Positions 9,263 through 18,623 of a stretch of 47,465 bases of DNA are shown one piece after another. Under the pieces are notes generated by a model, which was given only the letters and a program-made list of their open reading frames with translations, was not told where the DNA came from and did not search any database. This DNA comes from a virus (taxonomy: Duplodnaviria; Heunggongvirae; Uroviricota; Caudoviricetes), in the IMG/VR virus record IMGVR_UViG_3300034196_000151. One strand, written 5' to 3'. Position numbers and translations under genes: made by a program. Every line of letters starts with the position of its first letter. The first letter of the stretch is position 1.

Positions 9263-10291
9263 CTAGAAAACAAACTTCTTGTAATTTTCGGATTTTGCAA
9301 GGTAGTTTTCGATAATGGTATCAATCGGCAACGGCTTTTTGCGATTGTGCAGATTATCGTGGGAATGACGTTTCAACATCATGTCTTTGGCTTGCGTCAA
9401 GATCTCACGAATGTTTTCAACACTTTCGGTATAATTCGACCATTCCAGTTTCGATTTTATTTTGTTGACTTCATGAGCCACAATCAACAGATTGGATACA
9501 TTATAACCTTCAAAACGGTTAATACGGTCAATCGAGAAACCAAACGGGTTGTCTTCCTGTGTTTTAGTGGCCTTAACTAACGGCAAACCCGTCAATTGAC
9601 AGTGAGTGACGTTAAACAGGTGCTTAGAGTTCTCAAACGTGAGATCGCTTGTAAAACCCTTGCTTTTGGAACGCTCTTTGCACATTTCAATTTTGCGAAG
9701 AATGGCCCGGTCGGAATAGAACGATGCTTTACGAACAAAATCCGAAGGCTTAAAGACAGGCAGCGGTGTGCGTGGTGCAGCAGTCTCGATCAAACGTTGG
9801 CTGATATGCACAATGCGTTCAGGCGTCACCAAACTACGTTCTATGAGCACATCATGATTAACCGGGTCTGGTGTCAGGCTCTTTGGTTTAATCGTAGGCC
9901 GCATGGTGTCATGAATTAAGGTAAGCTGAGCCTTAATGTCATTGATATCAATAAAGTCTGGTGTGGCCTTCATCATTTTGTGAAGTTCAAACCAAAAGTT
10001 AACGGCTTGCTGGTGAACAATCAACACCTGATTAACCGATACGACATCGGCAGTGTAGGGATTAATCGGAATCAGGTACACATTACCCATGTCATTGAAT
10101 TTTGCACCTGTGACTTCACAGTAGAAGCTGCCATCGAGTTCAGTCGCTTTCAGGCGTGCTAGCACTTCTTTTTCAAGAAGATCAAAGGTCAATGTCGGGT
10201 AATACCGTTTCACACGTCCGATCATTGAACGCATGTTGGAATTCAATTTTTCCAAACCTTTTTTAGCCAAGTTTTGAGGAATGAGGCTCAT
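9263..10291 (-). CDS. His-Me finger (HNH-like) domain protein, T4 Srd-like C-terminal domain
   Basis: CQLTG...SIDRINRFEGYNVSNLLIVAHEVNKIK matches the C-x-x-TG / SIDRID-GY-N-N pattern of His-Me finger proteins. Confidence 0.65.
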   Translation of the reverse strand: MSLIPQNLAKKGLEKLNSNMRSMIGRVKRYYPTLTFDLLEKEVLARLKATELDGSFYCEVTGAKFNDMGNVYLIPINPYTADVVSVNQVLIVHQQAVNFWFELHKMMKATPDFIDINDIKAQLTLIHDTMRPTIKPKSLTPDPVNHDVLIERSLVTPERIVHISQRLIETAAPRTPLPVFKPSDFVRKASFYSDRAILRKIEMCKERSKSKGFTSDLTFENSKHLFNVTHCQLTGLPLVKATKTQEDNPFGFSIDRINRFEGYNVSNLLIVAHEVNKIKSKLEWSNYTESVENIREILTQAKDMMLKRHSHDNLHNRKKPLPIDTIIENYLAKSENYKKFVF

Positions 10292-10317
10292 AAGAAAACA
10301 CCTTAGACAATAAAACA

Positions 10318-10355
10318 GAAAGCCAGTGTAACAGTTTCCTATTAGACTGGCAATC
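10318..10355 (-). promoter_or_regulatory. 38-bp repeated promoter/operator, copy 2
   Basis: TTGCCA-17-TACACT; near-identical to 9199-9236. Confidence 0.75.
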
Positions 10356-10369
10356 GAAAAATGTAAAAT

Positions 10370-10525
10370 TTAGTAAGGCTTGTAGGTGCCGGTAAACCGT
10401 TGATACGAGAGACGTTGTTTCTTTTCGGTTTCTTTTGGATCAATGGCTGGACGCCATTTTTGTTCATAAAGCATACGACCATTGAGTTTAAACAGGTCAA
10501 AATGAAACAAACGAAATCCGAACAT
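10370..10525 (-). CDS. Small hypothetical protein (51 aa, MFGFRLFHFDLFKLNGRMLYEQKWRP...)
   Basis: Read by hand; start overlaps the upstream stop (TAATG coupling). Confidence 0.55.
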   Translation of the reverse strand: MFGFRLFHFDLFKLNGRMLYEQKWRPAIDPKETEKKQRLSYQRFTGTYKPY

Positions 10526-10800
10526 TAGTGGTTACCTCGACTATTTTGGGTGCGTTCAAAAGCTTGTTTGAAAATGGTAGAAGCTTCTTTGAAAGCCTTG
10601 AAACCGATTGATTTTTCGCCAGATTGCAAGAAGTTGCCAAACTTGGGATTTGCCAAGACTTTATCCAAGAGAGCCTGAGTTTTTACGGAAATTTTGGCTT
10701 CTGGAACAACTTGCAGGAATGAGCAATTAACATGGCTAGCCTGAAAATCAAGGATAACTTGGTCAATATCAATACGGGGCTGATTTTCGGCGGTTGACAT
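10525..10800 (-). CDS. Hypothetical protein (91 aa)
   Basis: SD GAGGTG; own promoter. Confidence 0.65.
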   Translation of the reverse strand: MSTAENQPRIDIDQVILDFQASHVNCSFLQVVPEAKISVKTQALLDKVLANPKFGNFLQSGEKSIGFKAFKEASTIFKQAFERTQNSRGNH

Positions 10801-10873
10801 ATAACACCTCTGTGAGTTAGAGCATGATTATATCAAAAACATCGAAAACAATCAAGCTCCAACCGATAAGAGG

Positions 10874-11023
10874 TTAATCGGCAACAGCAATAATGACCAG
10901 TTGACCAGCTACTTCGCTGGAAGTCGTAAAGAAGTAGCCAGTTGCCCGCGACCACAACAGAACCTGAGTGTCAGGCTTCAAGATTTCGTTGTTGTAGGCA
11001 TGAAAATTAGCAAGGTTATACAT
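10874..11023 (-). CDS. Small hypothetical protein (49 aa, MYNLANFHAYNNEILKPDTQ...)
   Basis: Read by hand; SD AAGGA directly after the upstream stop. Confidence 0.5.
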   Translation of the reverse strand: MYNLANFHAYNNEILKPDTQVLLWSRATGYFFTTSSEVAGQLVIIAVAD

Positions 11024-11032
11024 GATGTATCC

Positions 11033-11263
11033 TTATGCGGATTGTTGGGCTTTAACTTGTTGCAACATGGCAATCACGTTATCGATCTCTGAAACAGGGA
11101 TCAAGATTTGTGGATTATTGCCAAGGCCGCTACCATCGCGGGTGATGAACTCAATGACTTCGAGTTCATCTTTCTCATTCTTATAGACATTCAACTCGAC
11201 ATCAGGAACACGGCCAGACTCCGAAGCAACACCATTCAAAATAGTCATGTTGGCAAGATACAT
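11033..11263 (-). CDS. Hypothetical protein (76 aa)
   Basis: SD AAGGAG; promoter upstream. Confidence 0.6.
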   Translation of the reverse strand: MYLANMTILNGVASESGRVPDVELNVYKNEKDELEVIEFITRDGSGLGNNPQILIPVSEIDNVIAMLQQVKAQQSA

Positions 11264-11370
11264 AGTGGAAGCTCCTTTAAGTGATAACGTATTATAACGC
11301 TAAACACATGACAAGGCAAGAAAAAGAAAAAATTACCCTAATGTCAGTGGATTTAGTATAAGACGGAAAA

Positions 11371-11706
11371 TCACAACTTAATACCCAGAAGATGAGCAGC
11401 AATCGTTTTGTTCACAACCACTGAAGTTGCCAAAGACCAGCAATCACCCATATTCGTCAATAGTTGGCGAGCATCCACAGCGGTACCGATACCTTCCCAA
11501 CCGGATAATGTGATATCCGTAAGTTTTGTAGGGGCAGTCGTTGCAAGGTGTTGAAAAACAGCACTAGCCTCCACCAGATTGATACCGGCAGGTGTAATGA
11601 ATTGTTTGTAGTATTGGGCTTGACTACATTCGCCATTCAAGAATTGTTGACGCTGAAATTGAGCTACTTGAGCATGAACAGTCATGACAGTAATCCTTGA
11701 TTTCAT
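11371..11706 (-). CDS. Hypothetical protein (111 aa)
   Basis: ORF with promoter; no recognised motif. Confidence 0.55.
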   Translation of the reverse strand: MKSRITVMTVHAQVAQFQRQQFLNGECSQAQYYKQFITPAGINLVEASAVFQHLATTAPTKLTDITLSGWEGIGTAVDARQLLTNMGDCWSLATSVVVNKTIAAHLLGIKL

Positions 11707-11808
11707 TTTGATGGTTCAAGTATAGCAAAAAACACAAATGGGATCAACAGAAACAAGAATTTTGACAACAAAAAACCGCCCGAAGGCGGTCTAGTGAAGC
11801 GTATTTGA

Positions 11809-12513
11809 TTATTTCAAAGCCACTTGTGACTGAGTAGCTTGAAATTTCAGCCATTCAGCCTTGATAACATCATAAGGCACCATTACAGCCTGAGCGTTAA
11901 CACCATCAATCGAAACGCTACCAGTCAAGATACCCACAACCGAGCCATCTTTGGCATAAGCTGGGCCACCAGACATACCGCCGAGAGTTTGCGTATCAAT
12001 CAAACGAACAGTAATCGCACTGTTAGTATCGGTGCTAGTTACAGTATTCAGGTCACGGCCCGATTTGTTTTGAAGGCTGTCGTTTTGGTCAATACCCACA
12101 AAAGTGATTTTTTCCAGTGCGACAACATCACGCCAAGCAGGAACGGAACCAGTCGCTTTACGTTTTACAAATTGCAGGTCGCAACCTGTTTTGCAAAGGT
12201 AAACCGAGTTTTCTACAAAGTTGACGTGCTTAGCCGTCACCACATAATCAGCGTTCCATTGAGCACCGCTACCGTGGGAGTTAACAGTGTCTTTGAATTT
12301 TTTGCCATTTTCGACAACAACCGTTTCAGTTTTTTTCTGAAAGGCGACGAACTGCAGTTCTTTACCCTCTACTTTGAGGCTTTTTTCTTCGGCCACGTTA
12401 TAGTTTTGCAGACCATTGACTGCTGCTTTCATATCTACTGGGGCTTTCACGCCGTTTGCCGAGCAACCTACGATTAAGCTGGCAACTGCAACAAGGATAG
12501 CTTTCTTGAACAT
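11809..12513 (-). CDS. Trypsin-like serine protease lipoprotein
   Basis: Signal peptide with lipobox LIVGC; VTAKHV (His), CDLQFV (Asp) and GGMSGGP (Ser) motifs. Confidence 0.85.
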   Translation of the reverse strand: MFKKAILVAVASLIVGCSANGVKAPVDMKAAVNGLQNYNVAEEKSLKVEGKELQFVAFQKKTETVVVENGKKFKDTVNSHGSGAQWNADYVVTAKHVNFVENSVYLCKTGCDLQFVKRKATGSVPAWRDVVALEKITFVGIDQNDSLQNKSGRDLNTVTSTDTNSAITVRLIDTQTLGGMSGGPAYAKDGSVVGILTGSVSIDGVNAQAVMVPYDVIKAEWLKFQATQSQVALK

Positions 12514-12624
12514 GGTTAAATCTCTGTCTGTTTGTATGGGGTGATTATAGCAATGTTTGATGATCAAGACAAGGGAAATTTAAAAAAAATGGAGCCGAAG
12601 CCCCATTAATTAAATCCCTACAAA

Positions 12625-13680
12625 TTAGTAGGTTATAGTTGAGTAAAGTCCATTGTGATGGCCTTCTTTATGAGCTGTCATGTTATGGTCAACCGTGAAA
12701 GTTTCTTTATTCGTCGTCGCCACAGTATGTTCAATATCATCGGGATTAATCCCTTTACTGGCACACAAGTCGAGGAAAAGTTGATGATCAAGGATTGAGT
12801 ACCACCAGAGGCCCGTACACACATAGCCAAGCTCTTCATGGTCTTTAAAACGTTCGATATCCTCGTCGCTTTCTTCATCGAAGGAACTAAACAGAATTTC
12901 ATTACCTTTCTGGAAGATGTAAGGCATGCAATTACCGATAAAGAAAAAACCAACATCATGTTCAGCATAAGCTTCTGTCTCTTGAAGTTTGCCCAAGATT
13001 GAATTGATTGAAAGTTTATATCGGTTTTCTCGTTCAATGTTCAAGAAACTTCGTGGATCATTAAGAAATACCAACTTACCAGAAGGCGATGGAAGTTCAA
13101 CTACCACATTATCAGGGACAGTGGATAAAGGGCAGTCAGATTTATTAATAAATGAAACCACAGCCATTTTATCATAATCAATCATCATGGTTATGTGTTC
13201 GTTACATGATGGGCAACTCCGAGAGCTTTGAAATTCAATTTTATTCTTGCTGTAAGCAAACATGAAATAATTGATTTTAGTATTATCTCGAATGCCCAAG
13301 AAAGCTGAGAAGACATCAAGTAATATCTTGAATTCAACATCAAAACGAATAATATCCATATTGTAAGAAGGGACATGTTCTATGACATAAGCAACAGAGT
13401 GGCCGTTCAATTCAGGAAAGTGACCTTGCAATTGAAGAGTAATCGTATCCAGATTAATAAACGTAGCTATGAAGGTGTCAAGCAATGCTTCAAATTGTGG
13501 AGTATCACGAATAAAACCGGGATCAGGTTGTTGATTGTGTTCTGGCACATAATGAAGGCTGTATTCTTCTTCGCCTTCGGCTGGGGTTTTATAGCGTCTA
13601 CTGGCAAGTAAATTGGTCATGTTGTCGGCTACAAACTGTTTCAGTAAAGCATCGTATTTATCTTGCATGGTGATTGACAT
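12625..13680 (-). CDS. Hypothetical protein, family A copy 1 (351 aa, CxxC motifs)
   Basis: Clear paralog of 15898-16980 (shared PSGKLVFLN, GFFFIGN, VCTGxWWY..LDH, HKEGHH). Confidence 0.8.
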   Translation of the reverse strand: MSITMQDKYDALLKQFVADNMTNLLASRRYKTPAEGEEEYSLHYVPEHNQQPDPGFIRDTPQFEALLDTFIATFINLDTITLQLQGHFPELNGHSVAYVIEHVPSYNMDIIRFDVEFKILLDVFSAFLGIRDNTKINYFMFAYSKNKIEFQSSRSCPSCNEHITMMIDYDKMAVVSFINKSDCPLSTVPDNVVVELPSPSGKLVFLNDPRSFLNIERENRYKLSINSILGKLQETEAYAEHDVGFFFIGNCMPYIFQKGNEILFSSFDEESDEDIERFKDHEELGYVCTGLWWYSILDHQLFLDLCASKGINPDDIEHTVATTNKETFTVDHNMTAHKEGHHNGLYSTITY

Positions 13681-13837
13681 GAAATGAGTCCTCTAAGATG
13701 TCGTGAGTATAAAGCAATAACATTGAAATTGCAACAATATTGTGTCTATTTCTAAAAATAGTTTTTTAATAAATGATGGACATGATCTATATTTATTGAT
13801 AAAATGGGCCATCATTAATAGAGCGGTGGACATCGAA

Positions 13838-14734
13838 ATGAAAGGCATTAAACTGGGGTTGTTGATGGGTGCTGTATTGGTGTCATCTATGGCATTCGCC
13901 ACCGATCCAAATGAACTCATGCAAGAGTCAGCAGAAATTGCTGTGGGCAACCTCGAACTGTTTCAAGAGGTCACTGATACTGACGGATTGAAAGACTACG
14001 ATTATGACAAAAATGTGCCACCATCGTTTGATGTGTTGACTAAACAGGTCGGCAAAAAAGATGAACTTGAAATTTTCGTCCCCAAAACGAACTTGCGATA
14101 CATCAGCTATTTCATTGTGGATCACAAAGATGCACGGGAACACCGCACGAAATATTATCACGGGCTTGGTAATGGGATAGAAGATACCACTGAGGATAAA
14201 ATCTCAGCTTGGAAAAGGGGCTTCGCCAACCCAGCGACAATTAACAAGATGACTTTTTACAAAAATGGTGTGTTGGTCAAAATCAATGTAAAAGACAGTC
14301 CGCTGACGGTGTTTTCAGTGAACGACTACGGTGATAAATTCGATGTTCGTTACACCTATGGTCATGGTTATGTGACAAAAGCTGAACTGATAACACAAAC
14401 AGATACCAACATATATGGCAGCAACAATGGTCAGGCAGACTATGTGGTTAACGAATATAAAACAGCCTTGAAAAATAAAGGCTTCTCATATGAAAGTCTG
14501 TTTGGGTATTTTGAAGAAAGCCCATTGTATGAAAACGATGACACTATTGTTGCTATCAATGTGAATAAAACAACACTGGCTGAGCGTATTCTACTAAGTT
14601 ACAAATATGATTCCGTTGTGATGGTGGTTGTCAATAAAGACATCTATAACAATTACGAAAAGATTGAAGCTGAACTGAAAAAGAAGGATTATGACATTGA
14701 ATTCTCAAAGTTGAATCGAATTCTAACGAAATAA
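13838..14734 (+). CDS. Secreted hypothetical protein, family B copy 1 (298 aa)
   Basis: Signal peptide MKGIKLGLLMGAVLVSSMAFA; paralog of 14859-15752. Confidence 0.75.
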   Translation: MKGIKLGLLMGAVLVSSMAFATDPNELMQESAEIAVGNLELFQEVTDTDGLKDYDYDKNVPPSFDVLTKQVGKKDELEIFVPKTNLRYISYFIVDHKDAREHRTKYYHGLGNGIEDTTEDKISAWKRGFANPATINKMTFYKNGVLVKINVKDSPLTVFSVNDYGDKFDVRYTYGHGYVTKAELITQTDTNIYGSNNGQADYVVNEYKTALKNKGFSYESLFGYFEESPLYENDDTIVAINVNKTTLAERILLSYKYDSVVMVVVNKDIYNNYEKIEAELKKKDYDIEFSKLNRILTK

Positions 14735-14858
14735 CCTGAAGCATCGCAAAAGAAAGGTTGCCTAATCAGCAGCCTTTTTTATTTAACTCGAAAAATAGAT
14801 AGACGGTTTTCAATGTTTTTGGTATAATTAACGCATTAATAAAAGTCGGAGATTTACA

Positions 14859-15752
14859 ATGCTGAAGCGTAAAATTTTACAAATCGTTGGTTGCGTAGGT
14901 TTGACAGTGATGGCAATGGCCCCGGCGATGGCTCTAGATGCCGAACGCATTGAAGGGATGACTAAAATTTTGGATATGTCCACCCCTGATAATGCCAAGT
15001 TTTCAAATATTTTGAAAGATTATGATTATGACAACAATGTGCCACCAACACTGGAAACACTGAAGGGAAAGGTGGGTCTGAAAGATGAACTGCAGGTGTT
15101 TATTCCTGAAAGCAGCCCACAATATTTCTATTATTTTGACATCGATCATAAAATCGCCAATGAATTTCGTAAGAGATTCTTTGGTGATGTTGGGAATAAC
15201 CGCGATTTTGGAAAACTAAAAAGCAACCCTGCTGAAAGTAAATTAGAAGCTTCAGTCATTAAGGACATGGACTTTTATAGCAACGGTGTAATGTTAACGA
15301 TTGATATCAAAAACAGCCCGTTGAGTGTCATTATGAATGATTCCCGTCATTCAACTTATAATGTTGAATACACATTTGCTTATGGTCAGGTATTGAAGGC
15401 TGAAATCATTACAAAGATTAAAAATAAAAGCGATGACAGATTTGACAAAGAAGGCATGAACTATGTATTGAACACTTACAAAACAGCATTAAAGAACAAT
15501 GGTTACAACAATTCAACTCTCTTTGGTTGGGGTAAAGAAAACATATTTAAGAAAGATAATGTTGTCATTGAAATTGGTTCCAATGAAAAAGATGTATCAG
15601 CCGTCTATCTTGGTTATCTGATTCCAGCCGTGGCTAAAATGACGGTCTATGACAAAGCCATTTATGACAATTACAGTAAGATTCAAGATGAGATTAAAAA
15701 CAAGAGTTTTGAAAAAAACTACACCCGTTTAAATCGAATCCTCAACAACTAA
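14859..15752 (+). CDS. Secreted hypothetical protein, family B copy 2 (297 aa)
   Basis: Signal peptide; shared LKDYDYDxNVPP, YNxxYTxxYG and LNRIL motifs; similar terminator to copy 1. Confidence 0.75.
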   Translation: MLKRKILQIVGCVGLTVMAMAPAMALDAERIEGMTKILDMSTPDNAKFSNILKDYDYDNNVPPTLETLKGKVGLKDELQVFIPESSPQYFYYFDIDHKIANEFRKRFFGDVGNNRDFGKLKSNPAESKLEASVIKDMDFYSNGVMLTIDIKNSPLSVIMNDSRHSTYNVEYTFAYGQVLKAEIITKIKNKSDDRFDKEGMNYVLNTYKTALKNNGYNNSTLFGWGKENIFKKDNVVIEIGSNEKDVSAVYLGYLIPAVAKMTVYDKAIYDNYSKIQDEIKNKSFEKNYTRLNRILNN

Positions 15753-15897
15753 GCCAAACCAACAAATAAAAGGTTGCCTAACTAGCAGCCTTTTTTTCGT
15801 CTTTAATTTAACAACTAACGAATACTATTCCAAATAGTAAATATAACAGGCAATAAAAAAGAGCCGAAGCTCTTAGTTATATAAACAAACTAGCGTA

Positions 15898-16980
15898 TCA
15901 GTAAGTTATTTTTGAATATACACCAACATGATGTCCCTTAGTGTGAGCCGCCAAACTATGGCTAACTTTATACTTCAATGCCTTCGTTTTAACAACAGTG
16001 TGTTCAATTGACGAGGGGTCAACATTTTGTTCGGCACACATGGAAAGATAGAGATCATGATCTAAGACGGTATACCACCAAACGCCTGTACAAACATCAC
16101 CACGCAGCTTGTAGTCTTTGTATTTATTGGCTTCTTTCTCATCGTCTTCATCAAACAACGTAGCTAAGATCTCACCTTCTTTTTGCATGATGTAAGCCGT
16201 AGTGTTACCGATAAAGAAGTATCCAATATTATGTTTGGCATAAAACTTCGTTTCTTCAATACAACCTAATGTCGAGTTAATTGAAACATCATACTGATCG
16301 TCTCTTTGAAGTTTAAAGAACTGACCCGGATGATTAAGAAACACCAACTTACCAGAAGGGCTTTTTAAAGATACATTAACCTTAGTTGGCTTTTTAGGTA
16401 GTTTACAAGGTTCAACATCTTCATCAACAAAGACTTCATTTTTTGTATAATCAATTTCTAGATACATATAACTATCACAGGTTGAACAACTAGAACCACA
16501 TTTCAATTCAATGATATTATCGTCATAACTAAAAACGAAATAACTAGTGGGCCTAGTTTCGTTATCACGAACATCAATAAAAGCCTTAAAAACATCCATC
16601 AAGATCTTTAAGTTAAACCGCTCTACCAGCCTTTTACGAGCAAAGTAATGCTGATTATGATCAACAGCTTCAGTTGTGCCATCAATCAAAGCTGTAAGCG
16701 ATTTGCCATGCAGTGTAGGAAAGTGGGATTTAAGATTAAAGACCATGCCTTCAATATATAAGAATTCTTCAACGAAGGTTTTAACCAGTTCATTAAATTG
16801 TGGTGTAGACCGAATATAACCCGGTTCCGCTGGTTTATTATGTTCTGGAATGTAGTCCAAGCAGCTTTCTTTGTTTTCGTTCATTTGTCGATATTTTTTA
16901 CTTGCCAAAAGTAGCTCAAAATTGTCCTTCACAAACGTTTTTAGCAACTGATCATATTTATTTCTCATATTTATTGACAT
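15898..16980 (-). CDS. Hypothetical protein, family A copy 2 (360 aa)
   Basis: Paralog of 12625-13680. Confidence 0.8.
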   Translation of the reverse strand: MSINMRNKYDQLLKTFVKDNFELLLASKKYRQMNENKESCLDYIPEHNKPAEPGYIRSTPQFNELVKTFVEEFLYIEGMVFNLKSHFPTLHGKSLTALIDGTTEAVDHNQHYFARKRLVERFNLKILMDVFKAFIDVRDNETRPTSYFVFSYDDNIIELKCGSSCSTCDSYMYLEIDYTKNEVFVDEDVEPCKLPKKPTKVNVSLKSPSGKLVFLNHPGQFFKLQRDDQYDVSINSTLGCIEETKFYAKHNIGYFFIGNTTAYIMQKEGEILATLFDEDDEKEANKYKDYKLRGDVCTGVWWYTVLDHDLYLSMCAEQNVDPSSIEHTVVKTKALKYKVSHSLAAHTKGHHVGVYSKITY

Positions 16981-17083
16981 AATTAGCCCTCGAAGATTTT
17001 GGGATTATATAACAAATAAAAGAAAATATCAAGAATAATAATCGTTGTTTTAATTGGATAAGGGGGGATAAAAGAAGTACAAC

Positions 17084-17103
17084 AAAAAAGGGCCGAAGCC
17101 CTT
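17084..17103 (-). terminator. Intrinsic terminator with C(UUCG)G loop
   Basis: AGGGC-TTCG-GCCCT followed by a T-run. Confidence 0.85.
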
Positions 17104-17136
17104 AGTGATGTAAGTAAAATCGTCTATCAGTGAGCG

Positions 17137-17322
17137 TTAGACGGTTTTGGGAAGGTTCTCGCTTTTACGCCACGCTTTGACGTTAGCCCGAAAGGCAGGG
17201 TTTTTGGTGGTCAAAAACAAATGCAGAACCAGCGACTTAAGTTGTGCTGCGTCAAGATCAGCCACCAGATCATCCAGTGGGCCAGTTGGGGAAACAAGGT
17301 TTTCTGAATTGTTTGCGTTCAT
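17137..17322 (-). CDS. Small hypothetical protein (61 aa)
   Basis: ORF ending before a UUCG terminator. Confidence 0.5.
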   Translation of the reverse strand: MNANNSENLVSPTGPLDDLVADLDAAQLKSLVLHLFLTTKNPAFRANVKAWRKSENLPKTV

Positions 17323-17369
17323 TTTCAAGCTCTCACAATATTGGTAATGTTTGAGTTTTTTGACAGCGA

Positions 17370-17531
17370 CTAACGAGAAAGGTTTTCAATGAGCGAGATG
17401 TAAAAGAAGGCAATTGACCGCTGTTTAACGTTAGCGACTTCTTTCCAACTGACCCCTGCAGCATCTTCTATTTTTTGAGAAATAGCATAATGTTTAGGGG
17501 CTTTACTGAACTCGGTAATGACAAAATTCAT
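17370..17531 (-). CDS. Small hypothetical protein (53 aa, MNFVITEFSKAPKHYAIS...)
   Basis: Read by hand; TATAAT promoter upstream. Confidence 0.4.
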   Translation of the reverse strand: MNFVITEFSKAPKHYAISQKIEDAAGVSWKEVANVKQRSIAFFYISLIENLSR

Positions 17532-17619
17532 GACATTCACCCATTCTATTTCTGTTTTGGATGTCTTGATTATACGCTATTTTCAAAGTGGAGACAAGAT
17601 AAAACTTAATTAACAAAAA

Positions 17620-17834
17620 TTAGTTCATTAAAATTAAAATCGGAATTCCAAATCCTAAAATAAGTAATATTGCCATCAAGGTATTAATTGGAAGCAAAGA
17701 AGGTAGTATCTTTATACCAATAAAGAATGAAAAGCCTATAATTGAGGTTAAATAGCTAATATTAAAAAATTGTTTATTTATAAATGCAAAAAAGACAAGA
17801 AACAGTAAAAATACGGCTATTTTAAAAAAAACAT
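17620..17834 (-). pseudogene. Small membrane protein gene frameshifted in a T8 tract directly after ATG
   Basis: SD AGGAG, then ATG-T8-AAAA-TAG; one extra T opens a 71-aa hydrophobic ORF ending at 17620. Confidence 0.55.
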
Positions 17835-17949
17835 TACTCTCTCTCCTATATTTAAATTGGTTAATCCAATATAAAATATAACATTTTTAAAATCAACAGC
17901 AAGTATACTCTTAACTTGCTGTTAATTTTATCAAAAAGTAATGAACATA

Positions 17950-18504
17950 TTACTTAATAGGAACAAGCTCAATGTAGCGAGCCGGGACATTATCCGTCAA
18001 CCAGACATCGTTTTCAGAGCAATAGAACAGAAAGCCATCCTTTTGCATTTGAGCCGAGTTAACTTTGAGCATAGCGACCTTGCCATGACGGCTACCCACG
18101 CTGACAGCCGTTTCAAGGCTCAACGACAGGTGAACATGATGACGGTTCATCTTTTTAAGCCCTTCGGCCATGATGACATCAAGAAAGGCCACTGTGGTGC
18201 CGTGGAACAGCGATTCTGGCGGTTCTTTCGGTTGGAAGGCAATATCGACGCTCTCACTGGAATGCCCTTGGCTAGCACGGATAGAAAGGCCATCTTCCGA
18301 AAAGGCGAAACGTTTCTTGTTGTTGTTTTCAACAATGAAATCGAGTTCTTCACGGGTAAAGGCTTTCTTGTCGCGTGCAGCAACCGCCATCAGGTCAGCC
18401 ACCAACACCCAACCTTGGCTATCAATGGCTACGCCCACTTCTTTGGCCCCATGTCGCAAGACGAAGGAAATGTATTTACTTTTTTCAGTTACTGATTTGT
18501 TCAT
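17950..18504 (-). CDS. kptA: RNA 2'-phosphotransferase (KptA/Tpt1)
   Basis: SKYISFVLRH, GWV, KKRF, IRASQGHS, LFHGT, RHHVHLS and WLTDNVP motifs of the Tpt1/KptA family. Confidence 0.95.
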   Translation of the reverse strand: MNKSVTEKSKYISFVLRHGAKEVGVAIDSQGWVLVADLMAVAARDKKAFTREELDFIVENNNKKRFAFSEDGLSIRASQGHSSESVDIAFQPKEPPESLFHGTTVAFLDVIMAEGLKKMNRHHVHLSLSLETAVSVGSRHGKVAMLKVNSAQMQKDGFLFYCSENDVWLTDNVPARYIELVPIK

Positions 18505-18623
18505 TTTTATAATCTCTAATTAATTTCATGGCGGTATAGTATCATAAACGAATAAAACAAACAATCTATATTTTAAAATACAAAAACCCAACACTAGGTT
18601 GGGCTTTTCAATAGGTATCAATT

